A stretch of DNA of 64,000 nucleotides from an uncultured delta proteobacterium (GCA_963796685.1 CAWCMR010000014.1:107189-171188); one strand, 5' to 3'; positions 30,244 to 40,731 are shown, counted from the stretch's first letter. Program-made: numbers and translations. Notes: generated by a model from the letters alone, not told the origin.

Positions 30244-31758
30244 GTCATGGCCACAGTAGGAGAGGTTGAAGCTCTTGTTGCAGATGGGGAAATCCGAGAT
30301 CTGCTGGTCGCGCAGGGCCATGGCAAGTCCCGCCCAGTTGTGGAAGGAGGGATCCACGACTTTGTAGGTCGCGAAACGCCCTTGCGCATCGGTCATGGCC
30401 ACGTGGCAGATTTCGCCACGCCAGCCTTCGACGAGGGAAACGCAGAAGTGCTCGGCCCGCAACGCCGCATACTCCACACGGGCAGCTCCGGCGGGAAGCT
30501 CCTTCAATTGCGTGCGCAGGAATTGCACCGAACGTTCGATCTCCAGCCAGCGTAAGAAGGCGCGCGCGAACACGTCGCCGGTATGAAAAGTAGAGATGGG
30601 AATGTGCACGAACTGGAAGATGCCGAAGGGGTGGTGGGTGCGCACGTCCCGCCGCAGACCGCACGCGCGGGCGGCAGGCCCTACCAGCCCGAGGTCGCGG
30701 GCGGTCTCCTCGCTGACCCGGCCCACATCCTCGAAGCGCGCCTGCACCGAGCCGGTGTGCCACAGCAGCTTGGCCGCGCCTTGCACGTCTCGATACGTGG
30801 CTTCCAATCGTTCCTGGACCTGGGCCACGCGCGCGCCGTCGACATCGAAGCCAAGGCCGCCCGGCCGAATCAGGCCGCGGCCGAATCGACTGCCGCACAG
30901 GAGCGCCGTGATGTTGAGGAAGTCGCCGCGCAGGCGCCCGCAGAACGAGGCGGTGGGTAGGTACCCGATGTCCCCGGCCAGGGCCCCTAAATCGCCGGTG
31001 TGATTGGCCAGACGCTCGAGCTCGAGGGCGACAGCTCGCAGGGCCATGGCGCGGGCCGAGGGGCGGCTGCCGGCCAGGCTTTCCAGGGCCTGGCAGTAGG
31101 CGCTGGCGTGTCCCACCGTGGTGTCGCCAGCCAGGGTTTCCATGTGATGGATGGTGCGTTTGCTCGGTCCACCGGCCAGGGTCTTCTCGATGCCGCGGTG
31201 TTGGTAGCCGAGGGAGATCTCCAGGTGAAAGACGTGCTCGCCGTGGCACTGAAAACGGAAGTGGCCGGGCTCGATGACGCCGGCATGCACCGGGCCTACC
31301 GCCACCTCGTGAACTTCCTCGCCTTCGACGCGATAGAAGTCGGTCACGCCCACCACGCGGGGCTCGCCCTCGGGGCGGCCAAAGGCGTCGGGACCTGGCC
31401 GGTAGGCGGCGTGGAAGCGCACCGGCTTCCACCAGGGATGTCCCTCGGGGATCAGCCCCCACTGCTCGCCGAGCTCGCGCTCGAACATGTGGACTTGCGG
31501 ACATTCTACGGTCATGGAAGGAAATCTGTTTCCTTCGACGACGGTCCGCGCGGCCTCCAGCACGCCGTCGTGGTCGCACGCCAGCACGGCGAAAAGCTCG
31601 ATGGCGGCGCCCGCGGGGCGGCCGAACAGGGCGACCACGCGCCGATTGCGCGCAGGGGCGGCGATGACTGTTTCGCGAAGCTCGTTCAACGGCAGTTGCG
31701 GGATCTGGCGCGTCGGCACCGAGAGCCCGTTGCGCAGCGCAAACCAGCGGGTGCTCAT
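30238..31758 (-). CDS. Ehr large subunit (HyfG/HycE/NuoCD-like) lacking NiFe-binding cysteine pairs
   Basis: VGPVHAGVIEPGHFRF, LGYQHRGIEK, ETLAGDTTVGH in place of RxCGxC, VEGWRGE, C-terminal DFPICNKSFNLSYCGHDL in place of DPCxxC. Confidence 0.92.
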   Translation of the reverse strand: MSTRWFALRNGLSVPTRQIPQLPLNELRETVIAAPARNRRVVALFGRPAGAAIELFAVLACDHDGVLEAARTVVEGNRFPSMTVECPQVHMFERELGEQWGLIPEGHPWWKPVRFHAAYRPGPDAFGRPEGEPRVVGVTDFYRVEGEEVHEVAVGPVHAGVIEPGHFRFQCHGEHVFHLEISLGYQHRGIEKTLAGGPSKRTIHHMETLAGDTTVGHASAYCQALESLAGSRPSARAMALRAVALELERLANHTGDLGALAGDIGYLPTASFCGRLRGDFLNITALLCGSRFGRGLIRPGGLGFDVDGARVAQVQERLEATYRDVQGAAKLLWHTGSVQARFEDVGRVSEETARDLGLVGPAARACGLRRDVRTHHPFGIFQFVHIPISTFHTGDVFARAFLRWLEIERSVQFLRTQLKELPAGAARVEYAALRAEHFCVSLVEGWRGEICHVAMTDAQGRFATYKVVDPSFHNWAGLAMALRDQQISDFPICNKSFNLSYCGHDL

Positions 31759-33191
31759 GGTTTCATCTCGATGAAGCTCGCCGCCTGCATAAGGGCGTTC
31801 CCTATCGCCGGTGGAATGTACACGCCGAGCAGCAACACCAAGCCCAGGAACGCGACGATGGGGGCCACGGTGAGAAAACCGTCCTTGTAGGCGGTGGCGC
31901 TCGCCTTGGACGAGGGCTCGCCTTGGACCACCGCGAACACGGTCGAGCTCATGCCCACGAAGACGACGAAGAGCATGAACAAGAACCCTCCCGCAATCCA
32001 GAAGCGTCCCCCGACGATGGCCGCGCGCAGAATGGTGAATTCGCTGAAGAAGAGCCCGAAGGGCGGCGTGGCGGTGACGGCCAGAAAGCCGGCCAGGAAG
32101 AGCACGCCGGTGATGGGGAGGCGGCGGATGGCGCCCCCGACGTCCTCGACGCGCTTGCTGCCGTAGGCGCGGTGGATGTTCGCCGCGGACAGGAAGAGCA
32201 CGCCCTCGGTCAGACCGTTGTTGATGAGGTGGAGCAACGAGCCGAAGATGCCCGCGCCACCGATGCCGATGCCCAGCACCAGGATGCCCATGTGCTCGAC
32301 GCTGGAATAGGCGAGCATGCGCTTGTAGTCGCGTTGGCGCACCATGAATACGGCGGCGACCGCCATGGAGAAAAGCCCGATGGTGACCATCATGCTGCGG
32401 GCAAAGGCCACGTCGTGCGCGGCCGTGCAGATTTGAAAGAAGCGCAGGATCGCGAGAAAGGCCGCCGCGGTCAGTCCCGCCGCGAGCAGTGCCCCGACGA
32501 GACCGGGGGCTTCGCCGTAGGCATCGGGTTTCCACGTGTGCATGGGGGCAAGTCCCATCTTGGTGCCATAGCCGACGAACAGCAGAATGAAGGCGGAGCG
32601 CAGCCAGGGGTGTGAAAGGTGTGGAGCCTCACGCACGAGATCGCGGAAGAACAGCGACGTGCTCATGCCGCCGCGGAGGGCGGAGTAGGCGAGAAAATAC
32701 GAACCGAGCAGCGCCAGCGCGATGCCCACCGAGCCGATGAGCATGTATTTCCAGGTGGCCTCGAGCGAGCGGGGATTCTGGTTGAAATAGAGCAGCGGCG
32801 CCGAGCTCAAGGTACAGGCTTCGACGGCCACCCACATGAGGCCGAGATGCTGCGCCTCGACCGCCAGGGTCAGCATGGCGAGGAACGCGAGCAGGCTGGC
32901 GGTGAAGACGCGGTTGGGCTGGGTCGGGCGCGACACCAGGTACCCGCGCGCATACACCGAGCAAAGAAAGAAGAGCACGCTCAGAAAACCCAGCACCACC
33001 CTGTTGAGCGGATCCAGCCCCAGCCAGGCACCTTCGGCGGCAGGCTCCTTGCCAAGCAGGACGACGGCGGTCCCGAGCAGATGGAGCGCCCCTCCCATCG
33101 GCAAGAGCCACGGGCGCTCGAGGTTGGAGCGGACGGCGAAGGCCAGACCGCCGAGGAGCAAGGGGACGAGCACCAACGACAGCAACAACAT
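31755..33191 (-). CDS. hyfF: Hydrogenase-4 subunit F-like antiporter module (EhrD)
   Basis: SLEATWKY, GYGTKMGLAPMHTWKPDAYGEAP, YKRMLAYSSVEHMG. Confidence 0.9.
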   Translation of the reverse strand: MLLLSLVLVPLLLGGLAFAVRSNLERPWLLPMGGALHLLGTAVVLLGKEPAAEGAWLGLDPLNRVVLGFLSVLFFLCSVYARGYLVSRPTQPNRVFTASLLAFLAMLTLAVEAQHLGLMWVAVEACTLSSAPLLYFNQNPRSLEATWKYMLIGSVGIALALLGSYFLAYSALRGGMSTSLFFRDLVREAPHLSHPWLRSAFILLFVGYGTKMGLAPMHTWKPDAYGEAPGLVGALLAAGLTAAAFLAILRFFQICTAAHDVAFARSMMVTIGLFSMAVAAVFMVRQRDYKRMLAYSSVEHMGILVLGIGIGGAGIFGSLLHLINNGLTEGVLFLSAANIHRAYGSKRVEDVGGAIRRLPITGVLFLAGFLAVTATPPFGLFFSEFTILRAAIVGGRFWIAGGFLFMLFVVFVGMSSTVFAVVQGEPSSKASATAYKDGFLTVAPIVAFLGLVLLLGVYIPPAIGNALMQAASFIEMKP

Positions 33192-33197
33192 CGCCCG

Positions 33198-33839
33198 CTA
33201 CTCCTTGAGCGCGCTCAAGTGCGCCGTGTCCAGCGACGAAAATTCGCGGCGGATGTGGTTGAGGATGATGCCCATGACGAAGATGCCGACGAACAGATCG
33301 AGCAGGACGCCCATTTCGACCATGAAGGGCATGGCCTGCAGAAGCGTGAGCCCCATGATGTAAATGCCGTTCTCCAAGATCAGGTAGCCGACGACCTGGT
33401 TGATGGCCTTGCGCCGGGTGGTGAGCACGAGAAACCCGGTCCACACCGTGGCCATGGCGGCCGGAACGAGCAAGGAGCCGAGGTGTTCCTTGGCCAGCGG
33501 CAAGGTGCGGGCAAAGATCAGCGCTGCGCCCGTCCCCAGGGCCCCGAGCAGCAGGCAGGGCACGAAGCCGATGAAGGGCTCGACCTCGCGGCGGATGGCG
33601 GAGTCGCGGATGGCGCGCAGGAGCATGCCTGGAATCAGCACGCCCTTGACCAGGATGGTGCCGATGGTGATGAGCACCATCCACGTGCTGAACCCTTCGT
33701 GCGCGCACAGGGTGAGGATGCCCAGGAGCACGCCTTGGGCGGCCGAGGCGTTGACCACGGCTTGCACGCGGCTGGTACCGAGCAGAAACAGGTTGAAGAG
33801 CAGGACGACGACGAGCAGGGGACCGACGAGATGGTGCAT
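33198..33839 (-). CDS. hyfE: Hydrogenase-4 membrane subunit E-like (EhrC)
   Basis: Multi-TM; RKAINQVVGYLILENGI, MPFMVEMGVLLD. Confidence 0.88.
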   Translation of the reverse strand: MHHLVGPLLVVVLLFNLFLLGTSRVQAVVNASAAQGVLLGILTLCAHEGFSTWMVLITIGTILVKGVLIPGMLLRAIRDSAIRREVEPFIGFVPCLLLGALGTGAALIFARTLPLAKEHLGSLLVPAAMATVWTGFLVLTTRRKAINQVVGYLILENGIYIMGLTLLQAMPFMVEMGVLLDLFVGIFVMGIILNHIRREFSSLDTAHLSALKE

Positions 33840-33845
33840 GGTTGG

Positions 33846-34757
33846 TTACCTCGCCACCAGGACGATGCCGAGCGCGGAGAGCAGGCACGCGGCCAGGAGA
33901 AAGATCGGGACTTGCGCCATCCTGAGCCTGGCCATGGTCGATTCCACCACCCCGACGAGCACGGCGAGCAGGATCATGCCGGCGGCGAAAACGCCCCAGC
34001 CGGCCCAAGGATTTCCGCTGTAGGGGATGGCGATGCGAACCACCAGCGAGCCGAGGACGAACAGCTTCAGGGCCGACGCATATTCAATCAAGCCGAGGGC
34101 AGGACCGCCGTGGTCCAGCACCATGACCTCGTGGATCATGGTCAGCTCGAGGTGGGTGTTGGGATCGTCGACGGGAATGCGGCAGCTTTCGGCCAGAAGG
34201 ACGATGAATAGGCTGAAGCCGACCAAGACCAGGGACGCACCACCATGGTGCCACGCCAGGCCCAGGCCCGGGCCGATCATGGTCGAGAGCGACAGCGAGC
34301 CGGAAAGGCGGGTCAGCACGATCAGCCCGAAGAAGAGCGCGGGCTCGCTGAGGCACGAGAAGGTCACTTCGCGGGCGCCCCCCATGCCCTCGAAGGCCGA
34401 GCCGGTATCGAGCGCCGCGGCCACGGTGAAGAAGCGTCCCAAGCCGAAGAGGTAGGCGAAGAGCACCAGGTCGCCCTCGAACGAAACCGGGGCGCCATGG
34501 CCGCCGAGCGGAACCAGCGCGGCGGCGAACAGGGCGGTCACCAGGCCGACGACCGGGCCGGCCTTGAAGACCCAGGTCGTGGTTCGGCTGAACACCGAGC
34601 CCTTGCGCAGAAGTTTGAGGACGTCGAAATAGGGCTGCAGCAGCGGCGGCCCGACCCGTCCGGCGAAGGCGGCCTTGGTCTTGCCGATGATCCCGAGCAG
34701 CAGAAGCGGCATGGCGAGCAGCAGGACGGCGTGAATGGTGAAGTGGATCTCGTTCAA
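33846..34757 (-). CDS. hyfC: HyfC/NuoH-like membrane subunit (EhrB)
   Basis: GRVGPPLLQPYFDVLKLLRK, DTGSAFEGMGGARE, RIPVDDPNTHLELTMIHEVM; TTG start after a GGGGA RBS. Confidence 0.9.
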   Translation of the reverse strand: MNEIHFTIHAVLLLAMPLLLLGIIGKTKAAFAGRVGPPLLQPYFDVLKLLRKGSVFSRTTTWVFKAGPVVGLVTALFAAALVPLGGHGAPVSFEGDLVLFAYLFGLGRFFTVAAALDTGSAFEGMGGAREVTFSCLSEPALFFGLIVLTRLSGSLSLSTMIGPGLGLAWHHGGASLVLVGFSLFIVLLAESCRIPVDDPNTHLELTMIHEVMVLDHGGPALGLIEYASALKLFVLGSLVVRIAIPYSGNPWAGWGVFAAGMILLAVLVGVVESTMARLRMAQVPIFLLAACLLSALGIVLVAR

Positions 34758-34765
34758 GACGTCCC

Positions 34766-36731
34766 CTACCGCCAGAAGAACAGCACGAGCAAGGTGATGA
34801 GGATGTAGAGCAGGTAAGCCTGCGTGCTCCCGCGCTGAACCCACCTGAACCAGCGCACGGAGCGGCTTCCAAGCTCGGCGGCGGGGATCAAGATGCTGTC
34901 GAGAACGACATCGGCCACATTGCTGGCAAAGGCCTCGGGACGCGGAAACAAGCCGCGGGTATCGGGCTTATTGATCTTGGGGCGCAGGGCGAAGGAGAAG
35001 AGACCGACCAGGGTCTGGGCGAACGACGACGACGAATACTGCATGGTGGGGCCTGGGGCGACGTAGCCACAATCCCAGGTGCCAACCTGGTCGGCCGGCT
35101 TTTTGCGCAAGTTGCGGCGAACCAGGGCGGCGGCGAGGAGCAGGGCGCCGAGCAAAAGCGCGCCGAGGAGGGAAACCCAGCTCGAGCGGCGCCAGCACCG
35201 CCAGGCGCTGCCCTGGCATCTCAGGCGCCCACGCGCGCACGGCCCCATCCAGCATGGGCGCAACCACCCAGGGCAGGAGCCCGACCAGGAAGCACAACCC
35301 GGCCAGCACCGCCATGGGAACGAGGAGCTGGCGACTCGATTCGCTGGCGCCGGCGGTGCGCTCGGAGCGTGGCTCGCCGAGGAACATGGCCCCGTGGACC
35401 TTGACGAAGCAGGCCAGGGCCAAGGCTCCGATGAGCGCCAGCGTGGGCGCCCCGAGCGCGCCGGTCAGCCACAGCGTCCCCTGGGGCAGGGCCGCGGACC
35501 GGAACAACCCGAGATAAACCAGAAGCTCGCTGATGAAGCCATTGAGCGGGGGCAGGCCGCAGATCGCCACGGCGCCGACGAGAAAGCCGAGGGCCGTCCA
35601 CGGCATGCGCTTGGCAAGCCCCCCGAGCTCGTCGATCTCGCGCGTGTGGGTCGCGTGCAGCACGGAGCCGGCCGACAGGAAGAGCAGACCCTTGAACAGG
35701 CCGTGGTTCCACACGTGAAGAAGCGCCCCACCCAGGCCCAGCGCAACGAGGATGGGGTTGCCGAGCGAGCGTCCCAGCATGGCCACGCCGAGCCCCATGC
35801 AGATGATGCCGATGTTCTCCACGCTGTGGTAGGCGAGCAGGCGCTTGAAATCGTGCTGGCTGATGGCGAACGCCACGCCGAGGACTCCGGACACGCCGCC
35901 CAGTAGCAACACCAGCTCGCCCCACCACAGGGGAGGATGGGGGAACAGCGCGAACACGCGCACGAGCCCGTAGATGCCCATCTTGATCATCACGCCCGAC
36001 ATGAGGGCGGAGACGTGGCTGGGCGCATTGGCGTGCGCGCCGGGCAACCAGACGTGCATGGGCATCACGCCGGCCTTGAGACCGAACCCGACGATGGCGA
36101 GCAGCAGAATGGCGGTGGCCGAGCCGGGGCCGATGGGCACGCCCGGGGCGAAGTCGAACGTGCCCGTGGCGGCGAAGAGCACGGCGAACAGGGCGAACAG
36201 GCACAGCGTGGCCAGCCGCGTGGCCACCATGTAGACATAGCCGACCTCGCGCACGGCACGCCGATCGTCCTCTGCCGCCAGGCTCGGAAACGCCGCCAGC
36301 GCCATGATCTCCCAGCTCACCAGGAACAGCATGGTGTTGCGCGCGCACACCATCAGCGCCATGCCCGCGGTGAGGAGCCCGTAGAACAGACGCAGCTTCC
36401 TGCCGTCGCGCGGGTGATCCGCCTGTTTCCAGTAGCCGAGCCCGTACACGGAGCCGAGGGCGGAGATGAGGAAGATCTGAACCACGAAGAGCGCGGAAAT
36501 GCCGTCCACGCGAACCGCGAAGCGGCCTCCCGGTACGTGCCAGCCCAGGTCGATTCCGGCGGACGGCCGGGCCATGGCCAGCGCCGCGCCGGCGATGCCG
36601 CACAGGGCGCCGAGGATCATCAGGACCGCGGCGGCGCGCTCGCCCTTGCTGCCTCTTCGATCTTCCCACAACCCGGGGACACCACTTGCGGCGGCGAAGA
36701 TCGTTCCGGCGATGACGAGCCACTCGGTCAT
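34766..36731 (-). CDS. hyfB: Hydrogenase-4 subunit B-like antiporter module (EhrA), frameshift at about 35180
   Basis: GFGLKAGVMPMHVWLPGAHANAPSHVSALMSG, KRLLAYHSVENIG, GLPPLNGFISE; C-terminus TWDCGY...MQYSSSSF in another frame. Confidence 0.88.
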
Positions 36732-36753
36732 GGGAAAAGTAGAAGGCCCATGG

Positions 36754-37437
36754 TCAGCCGCGAGTGGCAAGCGGCAGGGCCGCCTCGACCCTCCCGGCCT
36801 CGCGCAAGATCTCTTCCGCCGAAGCGCGGCGGAGGACGGCATCCTTGAACCCCGGATCGCGAAGCGCGGTGCTCAATTTCGCCAGGGTGTGCAGGTGCCC
36901 GCGCACGGTGGCGCTGATCATGAGGAAGAGGGTGTGAACCGGGCTGCCGTCAATGGCGCAGAAGTCCACCGGCCGCTCCAGAAAGCAAAGCGAGATCGAT
37001 GCCGAGCCTCCGCCCACGACGATGGGGTGGCGCACGTGGGGGATGGCGATGCCGTCGCCGATGCCGGTGGAGCCTGTCGCCTCGCGCGCCAGCAGAACCT
37101 GAACCAGGGTTTCTTTCTCGACCTCGGGCAAGGGCACGACGTCGAGCACCGCGCGCAACACCGACATCCGATCCGTGCCGCCGATGTGGTGATGAACGCC
37201 GCCCGTGCCCAGGCTGGCCACCAGGGTGGGAAAGCTCGCGTCACCCTCGTCCTCGATGAACTGCTCGACCGCGACGGGCAGGTGGCGAGCGGTCGCCCAC
37301 TCGAGCAGCTCGGTGCGGTTGAAGCGGGGCTGATCGTGGAACCAGTTGCACGCAAGCTCGCCCTCATCGATCCAGCGATAGATCTGCTTGGGGGGCGTGC
37401 GAAGCAGTGACGCCACGTCTGCAACCGTCAGGTGCAT
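36754..37437 (-). CDS. Excisionase-type HTH fused to PTS EIIA (PtsN/fructose-type) domain
   Basis: LTVADVASLL...IYRWI...RFNRTELLEW; REATGSTGIGDGIAIPH with the phospho-His; AIDGSPVHTLF. Confidence 0.9.
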   Translation of the reverse strand: MHLTVADVASLLRTPPKQIYRWIDEGELACNWFHDQPRFNRTELLEWATARHLPVAVEQFIEDEGDASFPTLVASLGTGGVHHHIGGTDRMSVLRAVLDVVPLPEVEKETLVQVLLAREATGSTGIGDGIAIPHVRHPIVVGGGSASISLCFLERPVDFCAIDGSPVHTLFLMISATVRGHLHTLAKLSTALRDPGFKDAVLRRASAEEILREAGRVEAALPLATRG

Positions 37438-37514
37438 CTCGTTCCGTTCGGCAGACTTCCGCAATCCATGAACAGCGCGCTGGGACTCTTACGCACGTAC
37501 TTCCTCGAAATCGG

Positions 37515-37528
37515 ACGTAAGTTTACGT
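37515..37528. promoter_or_regulatory. Candidate operator palindrome ACGTAA-NN-TTACGT
   Basis: Perfect ACGTAAgtTTACGT upstream of HTH-EIIA gene 1, with more TTACG half-sites nearby. Confidence 0.55.
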
Positions 37529-37576
37529 ACTTTTACGACAGTGTCAAGACTCGCCGGCCCGTTGGCCGCCGGTTGG

Positions 37577-38293
37577 CTAGGGCATCTTGAGGCGCCGCTC
37601 GCTCGCGGCGATGACGTCGAAGATCTCCTTGGAGGTGCGGGCCGCGAGCACCGTCTCCACCGATTGCCGGGTTGCGAACATGCTGGCCAGCTTGGCCAAC
37701 CAGGGCAAGTGCAGCTCGTTCATCTTCAACCCGAGGACGAAGAACAGGTGCGTGGGCTTTCCGTCGAGCGCGTCGAAGTCGACGCCGTCTTTGGAGCGAC
37801 CGAGCACCATGAACGGCCGAACCACCTGCTGGGGATTGCGGCGGACCGTGTGCAGAAAGGCCACGCCGCGGCCGGTGGCGCTGGGCATGATGTTTTCGCG
37901 TTCGATGAGCGCGCCCATGAACCAGGTCTTGTCGCGCACCAACCCGAGCTCGGCGGTGAGGCCAGCCAGCTCCTCAATGGCGCCGTTCTTGGTCGTGGCC
38001 GTCATCTCGGGCAGGATGTGCGACAGCTCGAAACAGCTGGCCAGCTCCAACATGGCGCGCGGGGAAACCACCGGCTTGGGCTCGTCGATGAACCGCGGGG
38101 TCACGCCCAGCATTTGATCGTCGAGCCAGGTGTCGATCATGGCTTTGCGAAAGCGCCACTGGTTGCCGACCTTCACGCCAGGCAGGGCCCCGTCCGACAC
38201 CAAGCGCAGCACGGTCCGCTCGTTGAGGTTCAAGTAGCCGGCCAGCTGCTTGATGGTCATCAGTCGGTCTTCGATGGTCCGCCCCTCCGTCAC
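37577..38293 (-). CDS. Second HTH - PTS EIIA fusion
   Basis: MTIKQLAGYLNLNERTVLRL...KVGNQWRF; RENIMPSATGRGVAFLH; FDALDGKPTHLFF. Confidence 0.9.
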   Translation of the reverse strand: MTEGRTIEDRLMTIKQLAGYLNLNERTVLRLVSDGALPGVKVGNQWRFRKAMIDTWLDDQMLGVTPRFIDEPKPVVSPRAMLELASCFELSHILPEMTATTKNGAIEELAGLTAELGLVRDKTWFMGALIERENIMPSATGRGVAFLHTVRRNPQQVVRPFMVLGRSKDGVDFDALDGKPTHLFFVLGLKMNELHLPWLAKLASMFATRQSVETVLAARTSKEIFDVIAASERRLKMP

Positions 38294-38331
38294 GCAGGTG
38301 CTCTACCTCGCCCCGAACCTGGTCGTCAACT

Positions 38332-38345
38332 ACGTAGGATTACGT
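38332..38345. promoter_or_regulatory. Second copy of the candidate operator
   Basis: ACGTAGgaTTACGT upstream of HTH-EIIA gene 2, one mismatch to the palindrome. Confidence 0.5.
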
Positions 38346-38490
38346 CCAAGTTCGTAGAAGGACAGGGCACAGAGGCCCGGGGCGTGACACGTCAAATCAC
38401 CGCACGCCTCGGCCGTCGGTATAGTATAGGTGCGGTGTCCCGGCTGACCGGACGTGACGACCGCCCACCGCGGCCGGCGAAGGATCGACG

Positions 38491-40731
38491 ATGACCCACG
38501 CGCTTCCACCAACGAGAGGGCTTCCGCATTGTTGTGCGCTCCTTTGCCTGGCCAGTGCCACAGGCTGTGCAAGCGGTGGCAAGGTGACGCCGCCCACTGC
38601 ATCGGACGCAGCACCCGCGGACGGACGTGACACGGGAATTGCCGACCATCCGAACGGCCCCGACCGGCCAACGGTCGTGGTCAACTTTCCCGACCTCGGT
38701 CCTCCGAGCGACGTGCCCCAAAGCAGCGCGCCACAAGACATCGTGTCCATGCGCATCGACCCGCAAGACGCGGTTTTGGTGGTGGAACGAGGAAAAGCGT
38801 CGACCCTGAGTTATCACGCCTACGCCACCATGCAAGGCGCCGACGCCGAGGTCGACATCACCTCGCGCACGGTCTTCTACGTCCCGGACAACTACCTGGT
38901 CGGTAGCTTTCCGGCGGATGGCAGCGCCACGTTCTCTTCGCGCCTGCCGGTCAGTGCGGGCGATCCGCCTCAGCGCGGTGGCAAGGTGACCATTCAAGCC
39001 CAGGCGGCCAACACCAACCTGCCCATCACGACCGTCACCGCGACCTTGACCGTGAAGGTTGTCGACGTCGGCGTAGCGGCTGCGGGCACCCCCGGAGCCT
39101 CACCGGCGATCCCCAGCGATTCCGGCTCCCTGTTCACGGGGACCGAAACCTCTTCCCTGGCGCCGCTCCTGGTCTACCCCAACGACGGCGTGCTGTTGCC
39201 CCCCAACATGAACCAACTGGAGATCCACTACCTGCCGGGAAGGGGCACGGACGAGCTGTACGAGATCTCGCTCCTCGGGCCCTACTCCGAGTATCGCTAT
39301 TACACGCGCTGCTATGCCGATCCCGCGAAGTTCGTCCAAGACACCTGCGCCCTCGAGCTCGATCCTGAGAGCGTCCGGGTGATCGCCGAGAGCAATCGTG
39401 GAGCCGGACCACTTCAATTGACCGTTCAAGGCTCCGACCAACATGGCAAGGTGGGAACCTCGGGCAACGCGTCCATCGAGCTCACCGCAGACGCCGTCAA
39501 TGGTGCCATCACCTACTGGACAGCGACGCGTCCACCCCGCATCATGCGCTTCGATTTCGGGTCGCAGTCCGGGCTGGCTCCGCTGGTCGAGCAGACGGAC
39601 CTGCCAGACGATGCCGGAAATCCCGGCAAGAGCCAGCGCTGCATCGGATGCCACGCGGTATCCCGCGATGGCAGCCGCCTCGCCGCGGGTACGGATGGGT
39701 CGGAGGTAGGGTATCTCGTCTACATCAACGATCTCTCGCGGCCCAAGACCTCGCCCAACTGGCTCACGGTGGACGGCCGCGGCGTCGGGGTCGCGGCGCA
39801 GAACCAAATCGTCACGGCTTCGTTCAGCCCGGAAGGGGATCAATTCGTCGCCGCCAGCTGGCCGGACAACCCGGCGGTTGGCCCCACCAAGCTGGCCTTT
39901 CACGATGGGACGACCGGCGTGCGCAAGAGCGTCTTCGACGTGGGGTTCGATGTGACCTATCCCGATTGGTCCCCGGATGGTCAGAGCATTGCCGTCACGC
40001 GGATCTACCAAGCCAATTCCTACAACATCTGGTTCCTGGACGCGGGCATCTCGATCATCCACCGCGATGGCGCGACCTGGAAGCTGCCAGCCGTGGACCT
40101 GTTTTCGAGCGGGTCGGGCAAGAACCGTTACACGCCGAACTGGTTGCCTGATTCCTCGCTGCTCCTCTATTCCGAATCCGCCACTCCGCCGGACGATCCC
40201 TCCGCGCGCATCGACGCGTATTCGAACTCGGTGGCTGCCGTGTGGGCCATCGAGCCCAAGGCGGGAGCGACACCGGTGGCCCTGGCTCGTGCCAATGCAA
40301 CCGGCGTGGCGGACAAGCTCACCCTTGCCGACAATCGGGATGCCACCCTGGTCAAGCGAATCGCCAGCGGGCAATTGATGGATACCTTTGCCCGCTCGGC
40401 GCCGTTCCAGAGCCAGCACAATGGCCACACGCTGTTCTGGTTCACGGTCGCCTCGCAACGGCGAGCGGGCGTGCGGCGCTTTGTCGGCAACGAGAGCGCA
40501 ACGCTCGATGTATCCACGCAAACCCTGCTGTGGATGTTCGCGCTCGATGCGGACGCGGTCCATGCCGGGCTGGATGGGAGCTATCCGGGCTTCTTCCTTC
40601 CTTTCCAGGACATGCTCACCTCGAATCACATGGCGTACTGGGCGCAGAAGTACGTCTCGGACAACCCGCCTCCCCCGCCGCCCGCCACTCCTCCTCCGCC
40701 GCCGCTGACCGTCGAGCCCCCAATCCCGTAG
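38491..40731 (+). CDS. Lipoprotein with TolB/PD40-like propeller and one CxxCH motif
   Basis: ATGC lipobox; LVYPNDGVLLPPN; RCIGCHAVSRDG; YPDWSPDGQ; PGFFLPFQD; Pro-rich tail. Confidence 0.75.
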   Translation: MTHALPPTRGLPHCCALLCLASATGCASGGKVTPPTASDAAPADGRDTGIADHPNGPDRPTVVVNFPDLGPPSDVPQSSAPQDIVSMRIDPQDAVLVVERGKASTLSYHAYATMQGADAEVDITSRTVFYVPDNYLVGSFPADGSATFSSRLPVSAGDPPQRGGKVTIQAQAANTNLPITTVTATLTVKVVDVGVAAAGTPGASPAIPSDSGSLFTGTETSSLAPLLVYPNDGVLLPPNMNQLEIHYLPGRGTDELYEISLLGPYSEYRYYTRCYADPAKFVQDTCALELDPESVRVIAESNRGAGPLQLTVQGSDQHGKVGTSGNASIELTADAVNGAITYWTATRPPRIMRFDFGSQSGLAPLVEQTDLPDDAGNPGKSQRCIGCHAVSRDGSRLAAGTDGSEVGYLVYINDLSRPKTSPNWLTVDGRGVGVAAQNQIVTASFSPEGDQFVAASWPDNPAVGPTKLAFHDGTTGVRKSVFDVGFDVTYPDWSPDGQSIAVTRIYQANSYNIWFLDAGISIIHRDGATWKLPAVDLFSSGSGKNRYTPNWLPDSSLLLYSESATPPDDPSARIDAYSNSVAAVWAIEPKAGATPVALARANATGVADKLTLADNRDATLVKRIASGQLMDTFARSAPFQSQHNGHTLFWFTVASQRRAGVRRFVGNESATLDVSTQTLLWMFALDADAVHAGLDGSYPGFFLPFQDMLTSNHMAYWAQKYVSDNPPPPPPATPPPPPLTVEPPIP

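Noticed and set aside
30238-31758. Functional group 4 [NiFe]-hydrogenase or formate hydrogenlyase
   Set aside because: Both NiFe-binding CxxC motifs are absent and no maturation or fdh genes are nearby
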